From Styela clava (lineage: Eukaryota): a stretch of 64,000 bases of DNA. Shown one piece after another: positions 53,701 through 64,000 of the stretch. The position numbers and the translations under genes were made by a program. The DNA lies in contig NC_135258.1 of NCBI RefSeq assembly GCF_964204865.1, positions 14,074,001 through 14,138,000 on the forward strand, in the 5' to 3' direction. The notes beneath the pieces are model-generated. The model saw only the letters and a list, made by a program, of their open reading frames with translations. It did not search any database and was not told the DNA's origin. Every line of letters begins with the position of its first letter. Within the stretch, counting starts at the first letter, position 1.

Positions 53701-56700
53701 GTTTTTTCTCAGCTCGTGACTTATTTTTAGATACCGATGGAAATTCGATTTAATATTACTCTTTTATTCCAACAGAAATGTCTAAAAATAATGCATCGAT
53801 CAAAACGAATTTATCTTACTTTCTGGTGAACTCTTATCTGCTAATATAGCAATCCCATGCGGTAAATCCGGTCTGCTAAATGTGAAGATTTGATTTGTTC
53901 CTTTCCTCAAAATTTGAACATGATAACGAATGTAATCAAAATAATTGTATCGTTTTTGAGAATCAGAAACATATATGTAATCCTGAAACACAGAAAATAT
54001 AATAAATATAATTTAAATCCTTAATATCAGATTTAAGGATTGTTCAAAATGTTCCGTATCCTATATCCTCACTTGAAAAAAGCTACTTGGTTAGCCTTGT
54101 GATTTGGAAAGATATTACAAAGTTGCAAGCAGCAAGATTTTTTTTTCATCATTTCTACGTGAATATCTGATTTATTCCAAGTTCGATTTTGGACGATGTA
54201 TAGATGTAAAACACAAATATCATAAAATCATACTTCGTGGACGGCTATATCCCGAAGTTCGGAAGATTTTTGGAAGTAATGTTCTGTTTTATCGGATCCA
54301 TCGAAACGACAACTGAGAATCTTGCTTGCGTAACCGAGATAATCTGTCCAGTAAATTCTGTAGAAAAGCATAAGCATGTATAATAGATGCGAGGCATAAC
54401 ATGGGCACATAGCATGAAATGTGCAAGTTATTCTGTACCGTTCGTCATCAGCTGCAAGTCCCGTAACTTCGATAACATCCGGGTATCTAAATAGAACTTT
54501 CGCATCTTTTCCAGCTAAATCAGTCATGATAATTTGTGTGTCGAAAACCTTTGAATCTTTTCTGACGTAAGTTGAAAACACCAATTTCCTTTTAAAAAGT
54601 ATATTGCGTTAAATATTCATAATGAAACAATAATTATGGTTTAGGATTTAGCTCATTGACGTGTACAGCATAGGTATGAGCGGGTTCATAAGATATGCCT
54701 GAAGCGTTATTATCATACGAGACAATTCTGTTAAGAAATATAATCTTGTGTGGCATGACAATGTTCATATGATATCTTGCAAAAGTTTATGTAAACTTGC
54801 TTCTCACCTATGTTTTTGTAAAACCGCTATAGCCTGTGGCTTATAAGGTTCTGTGTTGTATATGGGAAATTGAGCTTTAAAATCCTTATCGGCAACCCAC
54901 ACTGATTTTGTTTTGCAATCTGTCCAGTAAAAATTTTTGGTAACATAATCCTGTGCTATAGAGTGTATGTCACCCACTTTTCCTTGCAAGTGACGTTCGA
55001 TTGCCGAACTTTTGACATCCATGATACCAAAGTAGTTATCTCTGAAAAACGAAAAAGGAATATCAGCGACGTTTTTTTTTTATACTTTTTATCTCAGTGG
55101 CAGGATCTCGCTTGTGATAGTGATTCGTGTAATTCTATCCAAACGTTGGAAATAACCAAGCAATAAATGAAATTTTTATCTATTTTTTATTATTCTCGTG
55201 TACATTTAAAGATAGCATTTATAACAGAAAAGAGCGATGGCGAACAATAAGAAATTTCCTATGAAGCTTTGTATAAGAAAATAAGGGAGAAAGATCAAGA
55301 TTAGTAAAGGTTATGATTACAAAGCAAATAATATAATAGACTTCATTGCCAAGACGGTATGTAGACAGAAATAAATGCCTGGTACAAAATGCTTCAGGCG
55401 TTTTGATAGATCTTATGAAATGAACCAAAATTATTTTGTAATTTATACGTATTTTGTGAATAAGTACATTAAATGGGTTATTAGACTCACTTCAAGTCTG
55501 TGAAAAAGATTTTTTCTCCTTTCTCATCCGTTTCTACTGCCTTGAAAATAGAATTTTTGTGAACTTCAACGTGCATTCCACCTGCCGGTACGTTGTTTTG
55601 TGATGAATATTCTGGATCAGCCTACAGATTCAAAATTAGAAAAATATTAGAAAAAAAGATATGACGTGAAAAATATATAGGATATAATTTCCATTTGAAA
55701 CTTCCATTTTATTTTTTTTCAGTCTATTAAATAACTACAGTTTTTCGGTAATTTCAAATTTTTGACAAATGTTCATTTCTGATGAACTGTCGATATGGCT
55801 ACCTAAAGAACTTGAAACTCGCAACTTTTAGTTTTTTTTTAAGTTATCCACCAACCTTTGCATGATCAAATATAGAACTGTTTTGTTTCGCGTTGTATCC
55901 TGCCCATACTACTAAAACTTTGCTTTCTGTAAAATTAAAGTGAAGACTATTTAGTAGAGACATCATAAGTAAAAAATTGTATGAATATTTTCCTTTCCAT
56001 CAATGTTAAAAAAATCATATCAGTTTGATTCATCTTATAATAGGACCAGTTTGAAACCTGATTGAAACGGAGATCACGGCCACGTTGTGTAGCGCCACCC
56101 ACACGTAAAAACACTTCATATTGATATGCGTCAGGTCTAGACGAAGCATTTCATAATGAATCCTGTACTTGAAACGTTTTATGACTGAACGGTGATATTT
56201 GTAAGTAGTAATGGGAATCGCAATACAATAACTTACCGCATTTAGGAAGGTCACAGTATTCCCATCTAACAGCAGGATCGGTGGTGTAACACCAAGTGCC
56301 TCTAGGATCTCTGTCTGGATTTCTGAATTTATTGTTCAAATATTATTAGCTTACATTACTAAATATTGCACTAGAAAAACGGGAAGAGCTTTTATTATAA
56401 AGTTATTATTTCGTCATTTATGTTTAATAAATTATGCGTAACTACGTGGTCTAATTCACGCATAAATTCAAATACTTTTAGCGACGCCCTACGTCACCAT
56501 ACGTAAAGCCCGGTACCGAGAAACATTTGAAGTTGTGCGCATTTCCGGTAAAAAATATTCCTTGGCCTTTCCGTCTATAATGACCTCAGTTAGTTTTATA
56601 AAGGTGCTATGTAATTTAGTTTTGATACTAAATTAAAATCAAATACTTATAATTTAGATACCTGCAATAATTATGATCACCACCATCTTGCGGGATTTTC

Positions 56701-57047
56701 TTCACCTTATGAGGAAAACCAGTGTCCCATCTTTGACAAGTATGGCCAAGTTTTGTCAATGATCGTTTTCCAGTATACAAATAACTTGCACCGCTTATGC
56801 ATTCTGAAATTATATTTTTATTTGGTTAATTTTGAAAACCTTGAACAAATCATGCAAGCAGTGTCTATTTAATGATATTGTTTAGAATATTAATACTCGT
56901 TTTCTATCCATTAGAATGAAATGATTTAATTTTCCTAATATTAGTTTAGTATAAGTAGAATTGCATGAAAACTAACATACCTTTATCTGATTGACAATAA
57001 CCAATGGAGAGAATTATTGCAATTACGGTCAGTCGTAAAGTTTCCAT
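50757..57047 (-). CDS. Gene C: secreted paralog of gene A, SP-kringle-YWTD propeller-EGF-YWTD propeller-truncated EGF, 749 aa
   Basis: 17 in-frame GT-AG exons (2250 nt): 56981-57047 (METLRLTVIAIILSIGYCQS signal); 56662-56803, 56237-56322 (kringle); 55856-55926, 55491-55621, 54808-55041, 54439-54588, 54234-54357, 53820-53982 (propeller 1); 52733-52858 (EGF); 52425-52526, 52179-52334, 51925-52087, 51559-51692, 51329-51473, 51077-51249 (propeller 2); 50757-50839 (KRLPNPCLRKKCKSSCLALSKKKASCI*). Confidence 0.87.
53020..53510 (+). mobile_element. Nested copies of the same interspersed repeat in gene C intron 9
   Basis: Core ACAAGTGAGCTATGCTCAAATATATGGACACG...CGTGTCCAA (53202-53443) is flanked by an older related copy (AAAGCAATTGGTCCAGTA at about 53146, CGTGTCCAA at about 53500). 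Confidence 0.65.
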
Positions 57048-60000
57048 CGTCGTTTACTGTTAGTATTTTCAATAAATTAAAATATATATATATGTATTTC
57101 ACTTCGAAAAAAATATGCTGCACAATAAAAATAACTATAATGGTTAAAAAATGATTCAGTTAACAATACGTTAACTGAAATTTTAAATCAATTACGACTA
57201 GAACTTCTCTTTTTAGAACAAAATTTATTTATAAATTAGCGATTAAAAATAATTATTTCAATAAAAACGATATCAAAACGGAATCATTCTAAATCTAATA
57301 TTTCATTCAATATAAAAACTTGAAAATGCTATGTTGGACTGCTTCATTTCAAAGCTATAGTAAGCTTTATAGTATTACAACTTATAGAGAAAGTTAACGC
57401 TGCAAAAAAACTTCAAGTCCTTGACCTCTCAATTGCAACAAATCGCTTATTCTGGCCTCCGGTCCTAGTCTACATGCTTATAAATACTGCGCTAAGAAAT
57501 GTCACTCCCGGCGGCATCTTTTTTTCGGATATGATATCATCAATATCATGATATGACGCGTAATAGAAATATTGCCGTACTATGGACAGCGGATTTGACT
57601 GGTAGTAAATAAAATCCCCAAGTATGCACGTGTACCGGAATAGGAACACAAATGAAACATGAAATTTTTAATATACATACGTATAAGGCGGGTCCGTAAT
57701 GGCTGCTACTTATTATATACTAATGGTGAGCCTACCTAAATACCTAATTAGTTTATAATTTTTCATTTCGCTTATCTCCGAGTATATACTTTTTTGCGAT
57801 CTTAACTAATCTAAAACTGTTAATTTATAGCTATGCCTCTGTGAATGCAATGATTCAAAATTGAATTCAAATAAATGATTCCGATTGAATTCAATATGCC
57901 CTTTTTTTATACATTTTATACCCTTTTTACATACTATACATCTATTCCTAAAACTGTAATATATTTAAATCACATGTATATATATTGAAGTTACTTGACA
58001 ATGATTTATTATTATATATAAATACCAATATACTTTTGTATAATGTTTTCCTGTTCAATCCTTGCCCAAAGTGATATTTAAACCATCATCCAATTGCCAC
58101 GATCCCATCATCTTGATATCATTCGATCACATCAATGGCCATAATTTAGAATTGATGATTATATCTTTATGACTGTTTAATTATGGATGATTGTTGTCTT
58201 ATGACCAATCTTACTCCACAATTTCATGAAATTATATGTATTTTACAGAAGAGATAAGATTAAATAAATAAATTAATCACCAAATTGAAGGAAATTGATT
58301 TATGGTCAATATGTAGTCCTTGATAAACCTTTCGTTATCATCACTAGCAACAAACTTTTCAACGGAAAGCGTGAAAGGTCACGATGTGAAAGTTCCACGT
58401 TTTAATTAACAAGTTCAATTACCCTATATGGAATAGAATCTATTTTAAGAAGATGATAATTTCATAATAAATCGTGTTTTGACATAGCAAATATGCCGTG
58501 CGGTTACAATACATTTAGTATATATTGATTTTCATATTTTTTCCCGAAATGATGTAAACACAATTATTTTAGTCACATATATACGGTTTCAACTGCATAT
58601 TAAGGATTGATTCATACAAAACGAACTGATATGCATCATGTTCATTGCGTATTCATGAAATGTTGTTTCGATGAAAGTTCTCGATTTTGGGTATGAAAAA
58701 TATGGAATTTTATTTTGACCGTATTCGGATTTACATATACGATCTATCTTTTGTAGTGACTGGAATATTCTATTATCATTCAATTATATGTAAACAAGGA
58801 AAAACTCAATATTTTCATGAAATGAGAGCGATAACTAAGCTCAATACTACGATCAAAACTTCCAAATACGGTCATTGATTGTATACGAATCAAAACTGTT
58901 TATCTGCTTCTGTTTGACTCAAACTGGTCATTGTAGATGCCAAATTAGATAGTGTCGAATGACCATCAGCAGTATTACTTATTTGAAACCCATTAGTAAT
59001 TTTCGTTTTCAGATTTCCATTGTCCTATAAATGAATTCTATTTATTTTATTGAATTTGTGGTAATACATAGTACAACAACCAATTTATTGAACTATATGT
59101 CATTTGAATTTTTGAAAAAAAAGCTCCCCGAACGTAAGTGAAAGAAATTTTGCTGTGAAGTCAATCAGTTGTCAAGTAGTCAATGTTGCTGTCAAACCGG
59201 CATACTACGATAGACTCTGTAACAATGTTGCTGTGAATCGACTTTTTATTAAGAATGCGCTGATATAACATGGCTAGAGACCCGAACTCAAGAATAATTG
59301 AATGAAAAACTGCAAATTATATGTTTTTCTGAAAGACACTATAGTCTTACATAAAGATTTTGAAATAAAAACACCACAAAATCAAAACGAATCAATACCG
59401 GTTGTATTTAAGATACTAGCATAACGGACGTGAACAGAATTAAAATCATTTCATCACAAAACAGGAAAATATACCCAACAACAAGATTCTCAGACGCATT
59501 AAGCACTTCCCTGAAAGCTAAGCTGTCGTTTCGTTTACGAAACACGGGAGAAAGGTGACAACACCTTGATGTCGTTCATGTTTCGGCCAAAATAGGATTG
59601 GAAATATGCGTATTTTCCCACAGAAACCCATAGTGGCAATACAAGATCGTAAATATATTTAGTTAAATTCTCCCGCATGCCTCATTTTTTGTAGAGATAT
59701 AGTTACATAGAAAGCAAACCCTGAAACTATCGATTTTGTCACAAATTTACCACAATTGTTCATCGCGTAATTACGAATATGAGTCGTAAAATATACCTGT
59801 CTAAACTTGTTTCAAAAATTCTAGAAATTCAAGATTTTTTTTGAACAAATTAATTTTGTCTCATTTTTTTCAAATTTGTGACAATGACACTTCAAAATTA
59901 CACGTTGAATACTGGAATCAATACCAGTATTCATCGTTGAAAAATTGTTGAGGTAAGTCAAAGCAAAATTGACACTGTGTGGGAAAATACCAAAACAATA

Positions 60001-60525
60001 TAAAAAAAAGTATTTCGCTAAACGTACGTCACACATTTTGAAAACATTCCAAACGCTATCGACACGGGCGTTTAGAAAGAGAAACGTTAATTTCCATAAA
60101 CAATGTCGTCAATAGCGTAATTTGATTAACTTATAAATACTAACATCTAATCACGTAAACTTTCAATTACACGGAATTCATATAAATGCAATAGGAAAAT
60201 CCCCAAAATAGTGTTTGCCGAGGCGGAATTACGGGTCATACACAAGTCCAAAACACCCGCCTACCTCACTGTCTTAATTAAGAAAACACTTTGGAAAGAA
60301 TTGTTAAATTCATTACACGAAAATTTTGAGATTACACATTTCATAGTGTAGTTGAGAGGTTTTCACCGCTTTGCCTAATTGGGGACACTTCGTTTTGAGG
60401 ATTTTTTTTACTGATTAGGAATAACGTCGAATGAATTGTTCCGAATATGTGCTACAATTTTGCACACTTATTCATGGTGTCTATTTATGTATTTACTCGA
60501 AAATTGGCGACAGTTAGTTCATCAT

Positions 60526-60662
60526 GCTAAGCATAGAAACATGTTTGCCATTGCGCTTCTAATCACCATGCCGTCGCTTGCAGGTCCGAATCTCATTGTA
60601 TGTTTGGACTCGCCGTCGCAGGGTGGTTTCGTACCCCCTGGCCGATTACGGCTTCCTCCACC
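60526..60662 (+). mobile_element. Diverged SINE fragment (family of 2964-3221)
   Basis: Shares GCTAAGC..GCAGGT.CGAA..GGACTC..CGCCGTCG..GGGTGGTT..CTGG.CG.TTA with the minus-strand SINE. Confidence 0.55.
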
Positions 60663-60895
60663 CAGGAAAACAGTGGGGATGTTTTCAGATCATACCCGCA
60701 GTTGCCAGATCAGTAGAAGAATTGTAGAAAGCAAAATTCGAAAAACTAGAAATCGTGACCATCGATTTATATCAACAAGATTATTGATGGTTGGTTACAT
60801 AGCCGGATACAAGGTGTGTGCAATGCAATTTAATATTTGCAGTTAAAATTTTTAAAACCAATCCTCAAAAACACGCATTTCTGGGGGCATTACGT

Positions 60896-61349
60896 CAGGG
60901 GTCCGCAACCTACGACCCGCGGGCCGGATCCGGCCCGCGGAGAACTATAATACGGCCCGCACGCTTCACTAAATTATGGTAACAAAACATCCGTTTTGAC
61001 GAATATATCCTTTAGACTAAATTATATTATAACCTAACAACTATATATTTCACAATTACTCGTTTAATGAGCATATAATGTAATTATAATTAAGCAAATG
61101 GCAACAAAACGCAGGAAAGTTGATGCTAAGTGCAAAGGGTTTAATGGCGCTGAAAATATTCAAATGAAATTTTATGAGATGCAATGAGGAAATAAATCTA
61201 TATTCTATTCGAGAGATGTATCACTGCTTGATTTGATTATAAAAATTATCATCCGTTCGGTTTTTCAACTTTCTATAAATATGCGCGGCACGCCAATGAC
61301 TTGCAACCTTAATTTGGGCCCGCGAGCGACAAAAGGTTGCCGACCCCTG
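60896..61349 (+). mobile_element. hAT Charlie/Buster-type MITE, copy 3
   Basis: TIRs CAGGGGTCCGCAACC/GGTTGCCGACCCCTG and a perfect 8-bp TSD CATTACGT. Confidence 0.95.
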
Positions 61350-61573
61350 CATTACGTAGTTTACGCTATTGTCTCAATGGTGCAAATAGGAGAATCTTGT
61401 TGAGTATGTATAATCAATTTTATTTCCAGAATACAGTAGAACTTAATAGTATATTTATCAAGTGTCACAATAATCCCCTACACATCATCATAGCCCCCAC
61501 AGCAATACAAAAAAATGTTAAGTTGGAAAGAAAAATTAATTACAAATAATATATGGTACAGGGTGTTTTAAAG

Positions 61574-61776
61574 GGTGACCGTACATTTGAACCCACGTGC
61601 ATGTGAACCCATGTGTATATTCGCGGGTTCAATCTATATGCGGGTGCTAAACCCATGGGTTAGGGTTAGTATGGGTTCAAATATCCGTAAAACAACAAAA
61701 ATTTTCATAGGTGCAATAGTCTGCAGGTGCAATCGTCGTGGGTTCAAATGTACGTGGGTTCAAATGTAATGGAACC
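61574..61776. mobile_element. MITE with a 9-bp TSD (Mutator-like) containing GGGTTAGGGTTAG
   Basis: Perfect TSD GTTTTAAAG (61565-61573, 61777-61785). Inverted arms TACATTTGAACCCACGT/ACGTGGGTTCAAATGTA built from a repeated subunit. Confidence 0.85.
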
Positions 61777-61866
61777 GTTTTAAAGAGATGGATGATCTGC
61801 AACGAGTTTAGTTAATGTTTCGTCAGGTGCAATTCAGAAACTAAACAATAGAGCAATGCTCTAATA

Positions 61867-62276
61867 CAGCGTTTCCCAAACTATTTCGACCACGGAACAC
61901 TTACACTTTTTATCTCGCCTCGCGGAACACCAAAAAAATGAAAGGATGGAAGAATGAAAGTAATGAAGCGGTTCCCAATGGGTTCTCGAGGCGAGTTGCC
62001 AAATGCACCGCAAAAAATGACAGAATTGTGTTGAACATACCTAAAATATGATTGAATATTTGACGTATTGCATTTATTATAAATGATTTATCGTTTCTTA
62101 ATGTAAATGATGTGTATATGAATCAATTCATTCATTTTGCCATTCTATGTCGTTTACTTTCCATTACGTAGTGTTTACCTCTGATCAGCTTCACGTTCCA
62201 TAGATCGCCATGGCGACCATTTTAGACGTATTTTTGACACTTCGATGACGCGGAACACAGTTTGGGAAACGCGCCT
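61867..62276. mobile_element. hAT MITE
   Basis: CAGCGTTTCCCAAACT...AGTTTGGGAAACGC, CGGAACAC subterminal repeats, TSD CTCTAATA on both sides (right end slightly ragged). Confidence 0.8.
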
Positions 62277-62280
62277 CTCT

Positions 62281-62530
62281 AATATATGGACACAATGACC
62301 AAAAAGAAGTAATATTGGTGATCTTTTACTGTCGGTTCAGTCTTCCCAACTTCGACTGACCACCAATCGCTCACATGATACGAAATAAATGAAAGTAATA
62401 GCCTGCTGGCGACAACAACAATCTTTTCCCACTGAAAATTTGAAAGCAATTATTCCAGTAATCAAAAAGTTGAAAGAGATTATTTCACGATAACAACAAC
62501 AACGAGAATACCAAAAATAACAACAAAACA
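62281..62530 (+). repeat. Older copy of the 47566/53202 repeat family
   Basis: AATATATGGACAC...CCACTGAAAATTT.AAAGCAATT.TCCAGTA...(AAC)n. An inverted CGTGTCCATATATTTGAGC also occurs at about 62832. Confidence 0.55.
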
Positions 62531-64000
62531 AGTTTCGCGATAATTCTGACTTTTCGCGAATGCGCTATCGCCACTTCCGGGATTTTTGCCTATTTCTGTA
62601 TCTCTTTCGGCCCGTATTTGAGAATCGCTGTACCGGAAAATCAGTCTCTATATACGACGACATAAAATAAGGACGCAGGTTATCAGCGGACTTGATATTT
62701 CATCCAAATTCGAACCAAAAACGGGGAATATTTATTATTTCACGCTTGGCCGCTTATGTCGCTCTTGTCCCCCGATCATTGTAGCAAACTCGGGGTTCTG
62801 AGAATTTATAGTACCAATACCGAGCGAATTTCGTGTCCATATATTTGAGCGTTGCTTCTTATTAATCATTAATACAACTGTTATTCTTATGTGAAAGAAA
62901 ATATATTATCGCCCAGGATGTCTCATGTGATTAGTGGACACATGAGTGATTTTGTACTTGTTGTTCACCATAATTAATATTACCTTGGCATAACCTATCA
63001 TGTGCACTCGAAGTCAGGTCATTGTAACATGAATCATTGTGTGAGAAAATATGACGACATATATTGCTCATCATCGTGTGTCGGATGACGTATTCATCTA
63101 CTGGATGATGACGGAGGAAATCCGTCGTATACAGTGAATAAATAAGTCATTTTAGTTGGGGGAAATCTTATTGCTTGTTACGTAAAAGTTAGATAAACAA
63201 TAGTACAGTATATATATGTGCAAATCCGGCTGCTGACTCGTGGAAACTACCGGAGTACTTTCGAAGAAAAAGGCGTTAAATCGTGGCAAACATCTGGTAT
63301 GTTCGTTATTCCATATGATATATACTTATGAAAAAATCTTATTCCAATAAAACGATAGTTGTAAACAGTAGGAACCCTAAGGCAACCGATGGAATGCTTG
63401 TTTGCTCGGCAGGCCACTTGACGCATTTTAGATTGGGCAACTTTTACAGCAGTTGAGGAAATTCATCGATAATCAAGATGACGTTATCATCTGGCACTTG
63501 AGTTGATAGTATTTGGAATTAATACATTTATGATACTTGAAAATATGTAATTTTAGAAATTAATTGCGTCGTCGTGATTTATCCATTTGAAAAGGCAACG
63601 ACTTGTGAGTGGGTATGATGTGCTCCCACAAGATGTGATTGTAAAAATTCTCTCTGGCATTCTAATGTCAATATAAGCAACCTAATCTGTGGTTATCACT
63701 AATCTAATAGCCAATAAAAATGATGAAACTACCGTGTTTTGCCGAATTTCAATTTTCTTTCGAAAATAACACTACAGCTTATTTTAAGAGGATGTCTTTT
63801 ATTTTCATTTATTAAAAAGGAAATTACAAAGTATGGTATTACGAGATTTTCAAATATACAAAATATGAAAACCGATATCCATTTACTCATAAATAAAATA
63901 ACACGTTTCTATGTAAAAAACAAAAGTGCTGAACTTAGACTATTAATCATTTAAAACGTGTAGGAGAGATTTCTTACCATCGACTAGGCCAAAAAAATTC

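Noticed and set aside
60194-60204. NF-kB-like site GGGGATTTTCC about 3 kb upstream of gene C
   Set aside because: A single short degenerate motif is expected by chance in 64 kb.
63970-64000. Possible minus-strand exon donor (GATG|GTAAGA) at the window edge
   Set aside because: Too little sequence, and no linked downstream exon identified.

Overview
AT-rich animal genomic DNA with short GT-AG introns. The repeat style and gene content suggest a marine invertebrate, probably an ascidian/tunicate (inference only). 1-10.9 kb is a nest of transposon relics: a Blackjack-type hAT, Charlie/Buster-type MITEs, a tRNA-type SINE, a THAP9/P-type transposase split by a 2.4-kb hAT with perfect TIR/TSD, a 65-bp minisatellite and an Academ-like fragment. 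I assembled three minus-strand multi-exon genes by hand, each with an unbroken reading frame across all junctions. Gene A (12275-24955, 24 exons, 1172 aa) is a type I membrane protein: signal peptide, kringle, 2x(YWTD six-blade beta-propeller + EGF), HYR, sushi/CCP, Thr-rich mucin stalk, TM helix and a short tail ending YNVM. Gene B (42796-47128, 7 exons, 374 aa) is a signal peptide, a CAP/CRISP domain lacking both cavity histidines, a 10-Cys Ly6/uPAR three-finger domain and a GPI-type signal. Gene C (50757-57047, 17 exons, 749 aa) is a paralog of A with the same intron positions and phases, but it stops inside the second EGF and so is predicted secreted. The best candidate for an undescribed system is the kringle-YWTD membrane receptor plus its soluble paralog, clustered with the CAP-Ly6 GPI fusion gene. 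I found no convincing gene in 25-39.9 kb or 57.1-64 kb.
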